46,434 nt of DNA from Kiritimatiellia bacterium (GTDB taxonomy: Bacteria > Verrucomicrobiota > Kiritimatiellia > RFP12 > UBA1067), in contig JBJEWG010000150.1 of the NCBI GenBank assembly GCA_051884935.1, positions 1-46,434 on the forward strand, given 5' to 3'. A model generated the notes under the pieces. That model made no database searches. It saw nothing but the letters and a program-made list of their open reading frames with translations, and was not told the origin of the DNA. Positions 6,976 to 15,692 of the stretch are shown one piece after another (positions within the stretch are counted from its first letter, which is position 1; every line of letters starts with the position of its first letter). A program made the translations under genes and the position numbers.

Positions 6976-8981
6976 CTACAACAGTTCCAGGATTCCAAGC
7001 CCTTTCAGATAAGTATAGTTACTGTTATACCATTCACGCCTACGGGTCTGATCTTCGTCGCTACCCATTGGGATATAAATTACCATGCCTTGGCGTGCGC
7101 GTGTAAGCAACACACGATATGCATTCTTCAGATAAAGACGATCATCTTCAGAATTGATCCTCTTCCAACGATTACCATTGAACCTATGGTAATTCCACAC
7201 ACCATCAACATAACGAAAGTCTGCGTCCCACGCGACAATGGAATAATCCAATTCAAGTCCTTGAATATCAAACTCCGTTACGACGTCCTCCAGGGCGTAA
7301 CTAGAGCGGACATCATCCTTTCCATTCAAGAACCAGTTGGCAACGGAGATTTTGTTTTTCACAAAAACCCCGTCGGTTTTCAGACGCAAAGCTCCACTGC
7401 TCGCAAGAAGTCCACAACGGGTAGTACCCTGGCAGCGTTCCTTGACCCAATTTTTTGCTTTATCCAAGTCTCGAGTAATGACAATGGGGTACTTACTCTG
7501 AATAAGCCCATAAAGTCGCTTTGCCTCCTGCGCATTAACATCTAGCAGTGCCTTTACAAATGCAGCTAGATCAGGAGTACGAAAAGATCGGGCCGAGGTA
7601 TCTAGATGAATATCTTCTCGCTCATAAACATTCCGCAAACCGCCAATCATCTCATCCCACTTTCGATTCCGACGATATTCTTCATCGTTAAGCTGAGGGG
7701 TAACATATACATCCCAGTCGGGAGATGAACGACGAAGGGAATCAAACCACTCTGGTAGACCAGCCTCACCAGTGTTGATCTCTTGTCCACCGCCAACCAG
7801 ACAAATCACAACCGCCCAATCATTATGACGGTCCATCGTACTGATCAGAAACTCTGGCTCACTCTGAGAGAAATCAGGTACGTGCCTTTTCTGTCGCATG
7901 AATCGAGCGATCTGGTCTTTGGTCCATGCACGCTGGGCCTCATCGAAAATAACGACATGTTCTGGCGGGATATCGGCATTGCCCACGTAACAATTACGAT
8001 AACGGTGAATCATTTGAATGAATGCGGAGACACTACGCAGCGCGTCATCCTTGCGAATACGATGAGCATGCCGTTTCTCCCGCTCAATATTGTCCCGAGC
8101 CAGCGCTTCCCGCAAAACGGTCACCAACGGAAAGTTTCCAGAAAGAAATACAGCACGCTCACCATCCTTCGCGTTGGAACGCTGAATGGCAATGTCCAAA
8201 CCAACCAGTGTCTTCCCCGCTCCAGGGACACCGGTCACAAAACAGATAGATTTTCGTTTCTTCGTTTTGCTATGCTCGACGATTTGGTTGATTGCATCTG
8301 CGGTAATGGTCAAATTCTTCGCGCCAGCATCGCTACGAGTGATATCGTGTACATTATGTCCACGAAACAACGCCTGCGCTGCCTCCACAATAGTCGGTGT
8401 GGGGAAATATGCGGATTTTTCCCACGCAACATAGTCAAAAGGCGGTTCATCGTACCGTTCAACAATATGAAGAATTGAATATCTGATATTTTCTGTATTA
8501 CAGCGAACCGGCTCAAGGATGCGCTCCCGCTCCTGTAGTTCGTTTGGAACGCACGGTGCACAAGTAGATATCATCATGGGTACTAACAATTTATTCTGGC
8601 TTCCCCTTTGAAAATTACGCAGGTCAAGTGCGTAATCATAGACTTGGTCATATGTACTTTGACGATATTCCTTATCACCACACTTGAATTCCAGTAGGAA
8701 CACAATACCTTTATGAAGAACAACCACGTCAACGCGCTTACCCATCCTTGGAATGGTGTACTCAAATAGAATCCGACCCTCTGAAAAATCACTGAGTTGG
8801 TTCTTAAGAATGCCCACTTCCTCTCCACTTCCTCTTCCCAAGTATTACTTTGTTGTATTGGGTTTTCGGCAGCACTACTATTGGAGTGAATAGCGCCAAG
8901 AATCTCATTGTCTTTTTGTTGCAGAAAATCGTGGATGGCGGCAGAATAATAAGCTCGCTGATTGCGCATAGTTGTCACCAT
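6976..8981 (-). pseudogene. DUF2075-family (Schlafen-like/SF1-type) ATPase with N-terminal nuclease-like domain, disrupted by an 11-bp tandem duplication
   Basis: Two track ORFs (8583-8981 and 6976-8841) are successive parts of one protein: MRNQRAYYSAAIHDFLQQKDNEILG...NTWEEEV then GILKNQL...FEYTIPRMGKRVDVVVL...Walker A GVPGAGKT. CCACTTCCTCT occurs twice in tandem (8814-8824 and 8825-8835). Removing one copy gives a 665-codon open frame. Low GC. Confidence 0.8.
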
Positions 8982-9187
8982 GTTCCCTTTAATCTATTCA
9001 ATTAGCGTCTCATCTGACGTATTCGTCTGTTTGGTTAACTACTTAGATCAGACCTTTGTATACGTCAGTGTAATTGTACCTGTTTTATATCAGCCCGTGC
9101 AAGTGATTTGAATAGAGAGGTCGCCCGGGTTACGCGCGGTGTCTGGTGCCAGGCCCCCTCCCGATCTCCGCGCGCAACACGAACCAG

Positions 9188-9675
9188 ATGCAGCGGCAGA
9201 AATCCGTGATGCTCGCGCTCGAGAACATGGGCGCGTGGGTCGCCATACAGCCGTGGAGGCTCGACCTCTGGCTCATCGACGCCGGAGGCGAACAGTTCGA
9301 GACCATCACGTCGTTCTGCCGCGCCGCTGCCAGTGGCACGAGGCCGCCGCGCTCGGCCAGAGGGCCACGAAGGACGAGGCGCTGGTGGCCGCGTTCAAGG
9401 CCCTCGCCACCGAGGCGGCCCTCAGGACGGACGCGAAGACGGCGGTCGGCTTCGTCGAATCGGCGATGGCGATCACCGACCGGCTCCAGCGGGAGCGCGA
9501 GCTCGGCCTCAAGGCCCGCGCCCAGGCGACGAGGGACGACCAGCTCAGGCTCGCGCGCGAGAAGTTCGAGGCCGCCGAGAAACGGCTCAGCGCCGCCACG
9601 AAGGCCGTCACGGACGAGACGCTCACCGACGAGCAGCGCGTGGAGAGAATCAAGGGGATCTTCGGCGTCAGATGA
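9188..9675 (+). pseudogene. Phage protein upstream of terL (small-terminase position), frameshifted near 9330
   Basis: High-GC3 coding runs in one frame from ATG 9188 (MQRQKSVMLALENMGAWVAIQPWRLDLWLIDAGGEQFETITSF). From about 9335 it runs in another frame (HEAAALGQRATKDEALVAAFKAL...RVERIKGIFGVR, stop 9675). The stop overlaps the terL start (ATGA). Confidence 0.45.
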
Positions 9676-10979
9676 GCGGGACCGAATCCATATTGGAGGA
9701 GATCCTCCTGCCCTGGCAGCGGCGGTGGGTGGCGGACCGGGCGCGCTTCAAGATCGGCATGTGGTCGCGCCAGACGGGCAAGAGCTTCTCGACCGCCTGC
9801 GAGGCCGTCACGGACTGCGCCGCCCAGCCGCGCGGCTCCACCTGCCTGTGGGTCGTCCTCTCCGCCGGCGAGCGCCAGGCCCTCGAATGGATGCAGAAGG
9901 CCCGCAAGTGGGCCGAGGCCGTGAAGGCGACCGTCGATTCCTACGACGAGGTGCGCCACGCGGCGGACGCGCTGATGGCGAAGGCGGAGATCCGCTTCGC
10001 GAACGGCGCGCGCATCGTCGCCATCCCCGCGAACCCGGACACGGCGCGCGGCTACTCCGCGAACCTCGTCCTCGACGAGTTCGCGATCCACGAGCGGCCA
10101 TTCGACATCTGGGCCGCGATCTACCCCTCCATCACCAACCCGCTCACGGGCGAGAAGAGGCTGCGCGTCGTCTCCACCCCCAAGGGGCGCGGCAACAAGT
10201 TCGCCGACCTCTGGGAGCACAACGCGAACTACTCCCGGCACAGGGTGACGATCGAGGACGCCGCGCGGGAGGGCCTGAAGGTCGATCTGGCGGCCCTGCG
10301 CGGCGGCGTGGACGACGACGACGTCTGGGCGCAGGAGTACATGTGCGAGTTCATCGACTCCACCTCGGTGCTGCTCACCTACGAGCTCATCGGCGCGTGC
10401 GAGTCGGACGCGATCCGCGACGACGGCGCGAGCCCGCTCTACGTCGGCATGGACGTGGGGCGGCGGCGGGACCTCTCGGTGATCGTGACGGCGGCGAAGC
10501 TGGGGGACGTGCTCGCGGTCGTCGCGGTGGACGTGCTCGCGAAGACGCCGTTCGCGGACCAGCTGCGCATCCTCGTCGGGAAGGCCCGCGACCGCCGCGT
10601 GCGGGGCGTCGCGGTCGACGCGACCGGGATCGGGGCGATGCTCGCCGAGGAGGCGGCCAGACAGCTCGGCGGCAAGTGCCGGGGCGTGGAGTTCACGGTC
10701 AAGTCGAAGGGCGAGATGTACGGCCTCATGCGGCGGCGCTTCGAGGAGCGCTCGATCCGCATCCCCGTCGAGCGCGTCCTCAGGGAGGACCTGCACGCGG
10801 TGCAGCGCGTCGTCTCGTCCTCCGGCGCGGTGACGTACTCCGCGCCCCGCAGCGAGGACGGCCACTCGGACCGCGCGGCGGCGCTCGCGCTCACGTGCCT
10901 CGCCGCGAAGGGCGGCGGGGACTACGTGGCCCCGTTCGCCGCCGGGGGCGTGCACAACCCGGACAGGAGGAGGATCTGA
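9672..10979 (+). CDS. terL: Terminase large subunit
   Basis: Walker A-like WSRQTGKS, Walker B-like NLVLDEFA, and a C-terminal RNaseH-like nuclease (YVGMDVGRRRD, GHSDRAAALAL). ATG 9672 overlaps the upstream stop. Confidence 0.85.
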   Translation: MSGTESILEEILLPWQRRWVADRARFKIGMWSRQTGKSFSTACEAVTDCAAQPRGSTCLWVVLSAGERQALEWMQKARKWAEAVKATVDSYDEVRHAADALMAKAEIRFANGARIVAIPANPDTARGYSANLVLDEFAIHERPFDIWAAIYPSITNPLTGEKRLRVVSTPKGRGNKFADLWEHNANYSRHRVTIEDAAREGLKVDLAALRGGVDDDDVWAQEYMCEFIDSTSVLLTYELIGACESDAIRDDGASPLYVGMDVGRRRDLSVIVTAAKLGDVLAVVAVDVLAKTPFADQLRILVGKARDRRVRGVAVDATGIGAMLAEEAARQLGGKCRGVEFTVKSKGEMYGLMRRRFEERSIRIPVERVLREDLHAVQRVVSSSGAVTYSAPRSEDGHSDRAAALALTCLAAKGGGDYVAPFAAGGVHNPDRRRI

Positions 10980-12499
10980 TGGCGAAGCGCGAGAGGAGGA
11001 CGGCCGCGCAGGCGTGGCTGGAGCGGATGAACCCGCTCGCGGGGCTCTCGATCCGCGAGGCGCAGGGCATCTTCGACGCGGCGCGCGACGGCGACACGCA
11101 GCGGCTGCACTGGCTCTTCCAGGAAATCGAGGCGGCGAACCCGGCGCTCCTGGTGTGCGTGGAGCGGCGCGCGAGCGCCATCGCGGGGTTCCGGTGGACG
11201 GTGAGCGAGATCGCCGCGCGGGACGGCGCGCTCGCCGCCGAGCAGAAGGACGCCGCCGAGCGGTTCCTCCGCGGCATCGACAACTTCGAGGACGCGCTGG
11301 AGCACCTGGACCTCGCGTTCTTCCGCGGCTTCGCGCACGCGCAGCCGGTGTGGGAGGCGGACGGGACGGTGAGGGAGATCGTCCTCCTCGACTCGTGGAA
11401 GTTCGTGCGCCGGGACGGCGAATGGTACTACAACCCTGCGTGCACGGGATTCAGCGAGGCCGACATGCAGCCGACGGACCGGTGCGGGCTCATGAGCGTC
11501 GTCCGGCGGCGCCCGGTGGACTACCCCGCGCTCGGGATCCACATCCGCATGGCGGTGGGCTCGCGCGACTGGGGCCGGTTCCTGGAGCGCTACGCCCTCC
11601 CGAAGCCCGCGGTGTTCATGCACCCCGGCGCGACCGCCGAGCAGCGCGCGGACTACCTCGCGGGCGCGCAGGCCGTCGAGAACGGGCAGGTGAGCGTGTG
11701 GCCGAACGGGGCGTCGCTCACGGACTTCGCGGGCGGATCGCGCGGCACGGACCCCTTCTCGGCGTTCGTGGAGCACCAGCAGAGGCAGATCGTGCTGCTG
11801 GCGACGGGCGGCACCCTGATGAGCCTCGCGGAGGCGGGGACGGGGACGCTCGCGGGGGGCGCCCAGAGCGAGGTGTGGGAGTCCATCGTCGCGCGGGACG
11901 CGGCGGTGGTCGCCCAGGCGGTGCGGCGCGCGATGCTGCTGCCGTTCCTCGCGCGCGCCTTCCCCGGGCGGCCCGCGTGCGTGGACTTCGCCTTCGACTT
12001 CGCAAAGCCCCCCTCGCCGAAGGAGGTCTTCGACACCGCTGCGGTCGCGCGGCAGGCGGGGTGGTCCATCGACCGCGGCCAGCTGGAGGAGCAGACGGGC
12101 TACACGCTCGAACGGGACGCGCCGGCGGCGCCCGCGCAGCCCCCCGCGCTCCTCAACAAGGCCCACGCGCCGGCGGACGATCCAGCCGAACCGCCGGCCA
12201 CCGCGCAGGCCGTCCTCGCCGAGATCGCCGCCATGATCCTCGACGGTTCAACCCCCCTTGAAGAGGCCTTGAAGGAGGCCCAGAGGAAGCTCGAGGCCAT
12301 CGACCCCTCCCTCCTCGCAGCCGACCTCGAAAAGGCGATCGAGGAGGCCATGTTCAAGGCCGCCGCCGCCGCGTCGGAACGCGCCGCCACCAACAAGACC
12401 GACGCCAACGGCATGGAGCACGCCGAAGCCGGCGGCGGCGACGGCGAAATCACGCAGGAACAGGCCGAGCGAATCTACGAGGAGATGATGGGCGAATGA
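10979..12499 (+). CDS. Portal protein, Mu gp29/DUF935-like
   Basis: 506 aa directly after terL (TGATG overlap). Sequence resembles the DUF935 family as I recall it. It is embedded in an artefactual 1117-aa track ORF. Confidence 0.8.
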   Translation: MAKRERRTAAQAWLERMNPLAGLSIREAQGIFDAARDGDTQRLHWLFQEIEAANPALLVCVERRASAIAGFRWTVSEIAARDGALAAEQKDAAERFLRGIDNFEDALEHLDLAFFRGFAHAQPVWEADGTVREIVLLDSWKFVRRDGEWYYNPACTGFSEADMQPTDRCGLMSVVRRRPVDYPALGIHIRMAVGSRDWGRFLERYALPKPAVFMHPGATAEQRADYLAGAQAVENGQVSVWPNGASLTDFAGGSRGTDPFSAFVEHQQRQIVLLATGGTLMSLAEAGTGTLAGGAQSEVWESIVARDAAVVAQAVRRAMLLPFLARAFPGRPACVDFAFDFAKPPSPKEVFDTAAVARQAGWSIDRGQLEEQTGYTLERDAPAAPAQPPALLNKAHAPADDPAEPPATAQAVLAEIAAMILDGSTPLEEALKEAQRKLEAIDPSLLAADLEKAIEEAMFKAAAAASERAATNKTDANGMEHAEAGGGDGEITQEQAERIYEEMMGE

Positions 12500-12666
12500 G
12501 CGCGCGCTGCCCACAGGACGGCGGCTTCGTCGGCGACGCCGGCTGCACGCACCCCAACCACGAGCACAGCGCGCTCGTGAAAAGGTTGGGGGGCCTTCCG
12601 TCTGCCCCCGCCGATTCCGACGCTACTGGTGAACGGCCCATGGCTTCGCGGCGGAACCGGCGGTGA
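12496..12666 (+). CDS. Short ORF after the portal gene, possibly the remnant 5' end of a replaced gene
   Basis: ATGA overlap with the portal stop. The first 28 codons (MSARCPQDGGFVGDAGCTHPNHEHSALV) have near-100% GC3; composition then collapses. Confidence 0.25.
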   Translation: MSARCPQDGGFVGDAGCTHPNHEHSALVKRLGGLPSAPADSDATGERPMASRRNRR

Positions 12667-12697
12667 TTGTACCACATCAAACCCGGACGGACAACCA

Positions 12698-13264
12698 CTA
12701 GAGGAAAGGAAAGATCAAATGATCACCTGTACGCTTTGCGCAATACTTGCGGTACTCGCCGCCGAGTGCCTTCTCGCACTTTCGTACGTCGTCGTCCGTC
12801 GCGTCCTTGCCGAGCGTGACGGACATGAGCACGTCCCCGAAACTCTCATGGTCGGATTCCAGGCCCTCGGCGATCAGACGTTTGCACTGCCGCCCAATGC
12901 GGGCGTGAAACTTCGTTTCGTCGGGAAGCTCGACGAAGAACGAGTGGAGCTGGTCGGGGTCTACGCCCCTGAAGCCATCGAACGGAACGCGGAGTGTGGC
13001 CGCATCGCCCGGCTCAATCCCCACCACCGCTGGTTCCCCTTTGAAGTCCACAGGTTCGACCTCGACGAAATCCCCGTCCAGACAGTGGAGATTTGCTCCT
13101 ACGGTCCTGATGGACACGGTCCTGCGCCCGCGATTATGGATCCGGAGCGCGACCACTTCGTATATCCCGCCGTCTCGGATGAGAACGAGCGCGCGCCTGA
13201 CGGAAAGCGCGACGCGGGCGGCTCTGGGCGGAACCCCGTTCAAAACCTCCGCCAAGGCGTTCAA
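12698..13264 (-). CDS. Reverse-oriented hypothetical protein (moron candidate) inside the head module; competes with antisense + ORF 12720-13360
   Basis: 188-aa ORF (TTG start) with somewhat better Lys/Asp/Gly/Glu codon choice than the + ORF. However, the + ORF has a GGAAAGGAAAG ribosome-binding site and a TAATG junction to the next gene. Unresolved. Confidence 0.4.
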   Translation of the reverse strand: MNALAEVLNGVPPRAARVALSVRRALVLIRDGGIYEVVALRIHNRGRRTVSIRTVGANLHCLDGDFVEVEPVDFKGEPAVVGIEPGDAATLRVPFDGFRGVDPDQLHSFFVELPDETKFHARIGRQCKRLIAEGLESDHESFGDVLMSVTLGKDATDDDVRKCEKALGGEYRKYCAKRTGDHLIFPFL

Positions 13265-13359
13265 AAACGCGCGGCGCGCTCCGGGCGGGCGCGGAGACGG
13301 CGGGCGCGCGGACGCGCCACAGGGGCGTTTTCGGCGGTCTGCGGAGAGGGGGGCGAATA

Positions 13360-14241
13360 ATGAAGGCTGACGGCAAAGGCCTCCCGGAGGCCGTGAAGGC
13401 GGGCGACGTCCTCGCGGGCGTGCTCATCTGCCCGTTCGGCGAGTTCCCGCACGGGGAGACCATCCAGGTGTGCGACCACGACGCCTTCGTGCGGCTCGTC
13501 GCCCGGTGGCGCGTCGCCGGCGCCAAGGAGGTCCTCTGCGACTTCGAGCACGCGAGCGAGGTGGACCGGGTGGACTCGGACACGCGCGCGGCGGCGTGGA
13601 TCGCGAACCTCGCCGTGTCGAGGGACGGCCTCGTCGGCGACATGAAGTTCACCGACGAGGGCGCGGCGGCGGTCTCGAACCGGCGCCTGCGGTTCCTCTC
13701 GCCCGTGTGGACGCTCGGCCCCGACGGCCGGCCCCGGTCGCTGCGGTCCGTCGCGCTCACGAACCGCCCCAACATCCACGGCGAGCCCGTCCTCAACAAG
13801 GAACCCGCTTCCAACCAGAACCCAAAACCCGAAAAGGAGAACGCGAAGATGGAGAAGATCAAGGAGCTGCTGGGCCTCGCGCCCGGCGCGACCGACGAGG
13901 AGGTCCTCGCCGCCGTGGGGCGGATGCGGGACGAGCTCGCCGAGGCGCGGAATGAGAGGGAGGCCGCCGAGGCCGAGGCCTTCGCCGAGGAGAACAAGGC
14001 GAAGTGCAGCAAGGATGCGCTGAAGGGCGCCTACCTCATGAACAAGGAGGCCGCGAAGGCGCTCGTCGCGGGCATCCCGGCCGCCCCGGCGAAGGCGGAG
14101 GCCCCGGCGCAGGTGCTCCTCAACAAGGGCGGCGCCGCGACGCCGGCGATCCCCCGCGCGGGCGACCCGCGCGCCGAGATGGCCGCGCTGCCCGCATCGA
14201 AGCGCGCCGCGTACTACGAGGCCCACAAGGGCGAATTCTGA
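13360..14241 (+). CDS. Mu gpI-like prohead protease fused to a coiled-coil scaffold region
   Basis: N-terminal motifs CPFGEFPH, DFEH and AAWI resemble the Mu-like prophage protein I family. The C-terminal half is an A/E/K-rich coiled coil. Confidence 0.8.
   Translation: MKADGKGLPEAVKAGDVLAGVLICPFGEFPHGETIQVCDHDAFVRLVARWRVAGAKEVLCDFEHASEVDRVDSDTRAAAWIANLAVSRDGLVGDMKFTDEGAAAVSNRRLRFLSPVWTLGPDGRPRSLRSVALTNRPNIHGEPVLNKEPASNQNPKPEKENAKMEKIKELLGLAPGATDEEVLAAVGRMRDELAEARNEREAAEAEAFAEENKAKCSKDALKGAYLMNKEAAKALVAGIPAAPAKAEAPAQVLLNKGGAATPAIPRAGDPRAEMAALPASKRAAYYEAHKGEF
13849..14241 (+). CDS. Nested in-frame scaffold ORF (Mu gpZ-like arrangement)
   Basis: Internal in-frame ATG at 13849, preceded by AAGGAG at 13834-13839, exactly at the start of the coiled-coil half (MEKIKELLGL...). 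Confidence 0.4.
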   Translation: MEKIKELLGLAPGATDEEVLAAVGRMRDELAEARNEREAAEAEAFAEENKAKCSKDALKGAYLMNKEAAKALVAGIPAAPAKAEAPAQVLLNKGGAATPAIPRAGDPRAEMAALPASKRAAYYEAHKGEF

Positions 14242-14269
14242 CGAACCGAACAGGAAAGGAAAGGAAGAC

Positions 14270-15148
14270 ATGGCACTCACAGCACCCGGCCTGACGCTCT
14301 CCATCGAGGCGCTCTTCGGCCACATCAAGCCCCAGCTGGACGTCGTCCGCCGCATGGGCTTCACCGACTTCTCGAAGGCCGACCCCGGCATCGAGATCAA
14401 GCCCGGCGCGACGATCAAGTACCCGCTCTCGTCCGTCGACGCCGCGAGCGTCTACGACGAGTCGACGAACAACTACCTCACGGGCGGCTCGACCGCCTGG
14501 GGCACGCTCACGGCGACGCACTACCTCCAGGGCTTCGACCTCAAGGGCGTGAACATCGACGAGGGCGTGAACGCGGGCCGCATCCGGCAGCTCTTCGCGG
14601 CGCGCGCGGGCGCGGGCATCGCCTGGGCCGTCAGGAACGCGGTGAAGACGTCCCTCGACGGCGCGACCGCCTCCACGGCGGTGACGCTCAAGGCCGCCCC
14701 CGCGCTCGCGGACTACGACGCGCTCGGCGAGGGCGTCGGCTGGCTCGACAAGGCGAACGCCACGCTCGTCGTGAACGGCGCGGAGTGGGCGAAGATCAAG
14801 GGCGTCCTCCACGGCGCGCACCTCTCCGCCACGCCGGCGGCCGCCGCCGAGGAGCTCGGCTTCCGCGAGCTCGTCGTGCTCCCGGACCTGACGGCGCGCG
14901 CGGTGATCGTGCCCTTCAGCTCGGTCGGCTTCATCGCCCGCGTCCCCGCGATCGTCGCGAATTACCCCGAGTCGGGCGCGGAGACGGACGAGGACTCCGG
15001 CCTCTCCGTGGGGATCGTCGTCGCCGACGACCAGGCGAAGAACCGCCAGGTGGTGAACGCCGACCTGTGGTTCGGCGTGGCCCTCATCTCGGCGAGCGCG
15101 AACGCCACCACCTCGAAGGGCGCCATCAAGGTGGGCACCGCGAGCTGA
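14270..15148 (+). CDS. Major capsid protein (Mu gpT-like, HK97 fold)
   Basis: 292 aa, follows the protease/scaffold gene. Ribosome-binding site GGAAAGGAAAGGAAG. Very high GC3. Confidence 0.8.
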   Translation: MALTAPGLTLSIEALFGHIKPQLDVVRRMGFTDFSKADPGIEIKPGATIKYPLSSVDAASVYDESTNNYLTGGSTAWGTLTATHYLQGFDLKGVNIDEGVNAGRIRQLFAARAGAGIAWAVRNAVKTSLDGATASTAVTLKAAPALADYDALGEGVGWLDKANATLVVNGAEWAKIKGVLHGAHLSATPAAAAEELGFRELVVLPDLTARAVIVPFSSVGFIARVPAIVANYPESGAETDEDSGLSVGIVVADDQAKNRQVVNADLWFGVALISASANATTSKGAIKVGTAS

Positions 15149-15210
15149 CGGGGAATCCGCCGCGCGCCCACAGGGCCGTTTCCCGCGCCATCGAGGCGCG
15201 CGGCCAACGG

Positions 15211-15240
15211 ACACATCGAGGCGCGCGGCTTCAGCCGCGC
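15211..15240 (+). repeat. 30-nt hairpin-containing repeat, copy a (intergenic, after the capsid gene)
   Basis: acacatcgaggcgcgcggcttcagccgcgc. Stem GCGCGGC/GCCGCGC, loop TTCA. Matches copy d at 29 of 30 positions. A 16-nt partial copy lies at 15189-15204. Confidence 0.8.
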
Positions 15241-15258
15241 AGACGAAAGGATACAGCC

Positions 15259-15684
15259 ATGTGGCGAAAGATCACGAAGGAGGACCTCCACGCGACCCTC
15301 TCCGAGCAGGAGATCCGCGCATTCGGCCAGACCGACGCCTTCGACGCATCCGCCGTCGAGCGCCAGGTCGCCAACACCGTCGCCGCCGTCCGCGGGTTCG
15401 TCCGCTCCGGACGCAGGTGCCGCATGTCCCCCGACGAGTCCACCCTCCCCGAGATGCTCGTCTCCCCAGCAATGGACGTCGCCGCCTTCAACCTCCTCAA
15501 GCGCTTCAACCGCGTCCCCAACGAGGCCCGGACGAAGGCCGCCGAGCGCGCCCAGGACCTCTTCGAGAGGATCGCCGCCGGCGCCGTCGTCCCCGAGGAC
15601 CACGGCGAGGAGCCCGCCGACGCGAGCCCCGCCGCCGCCGCCCCCGCGTTCTCGCCCCCCAGCCCAGTCCGCCTCCTCGACTAG
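15259..15684 (+). CDS. Head-tail connector protein, Mu gp36/DUF1320-like
   Basis: 141 aa. Starts MWRKITKEDLHATLSEQEIRAF, typical of the DUF1320 family in position and size. Ribosome-binding site GAAAGGA. Confidence 0.65.
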   Translation: MWRKITKEDLHATLSEQEIRAFGQTDAFDASAVERQVANTVAAVRGFVRSGRRCRMSPDESTLPEMLVSPAMDVAAFNLLKRFNRVPNEARTKAAERAQDLFERIAAGAVVPEDHGEEPADASPAAAAPAFSPPSPVRLLD

Positions 15685-15692
15685 GAAGACCC

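Noticed and set aside
9014-9068. 9-bp inverted repeat CTGACGTAT / ATACGTCAG with a 37-nt spacer, upstream of the DUF2075 gene.
   Set aside because: It is short and isolated, with no second copy or clear promoter geometry. It could be an operator, but the sequence alone does not support a call.
9146-12499. 1117-aa ORF that looks like a giant polyprotein.
   Set aside because: Only the first 50 or so codons (from 9188) and the last 506 codons (portal, from ATG 10979) look like coding sequence. The middle is an Arg-rich out-of-frame read-through of terL.
13314-13337. Motif gcgccacaggggcgttttcggcgg resembling gcgcccacagggccgtttcccgcgcc at 15164-15189 (a small hairpin plus T-run before two phage genes).
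   Set aside because: The similarity is modest and GC-rich, and the stems are only 4-5 bp. It is used only as weak support that 13265-13359 is non-coding.
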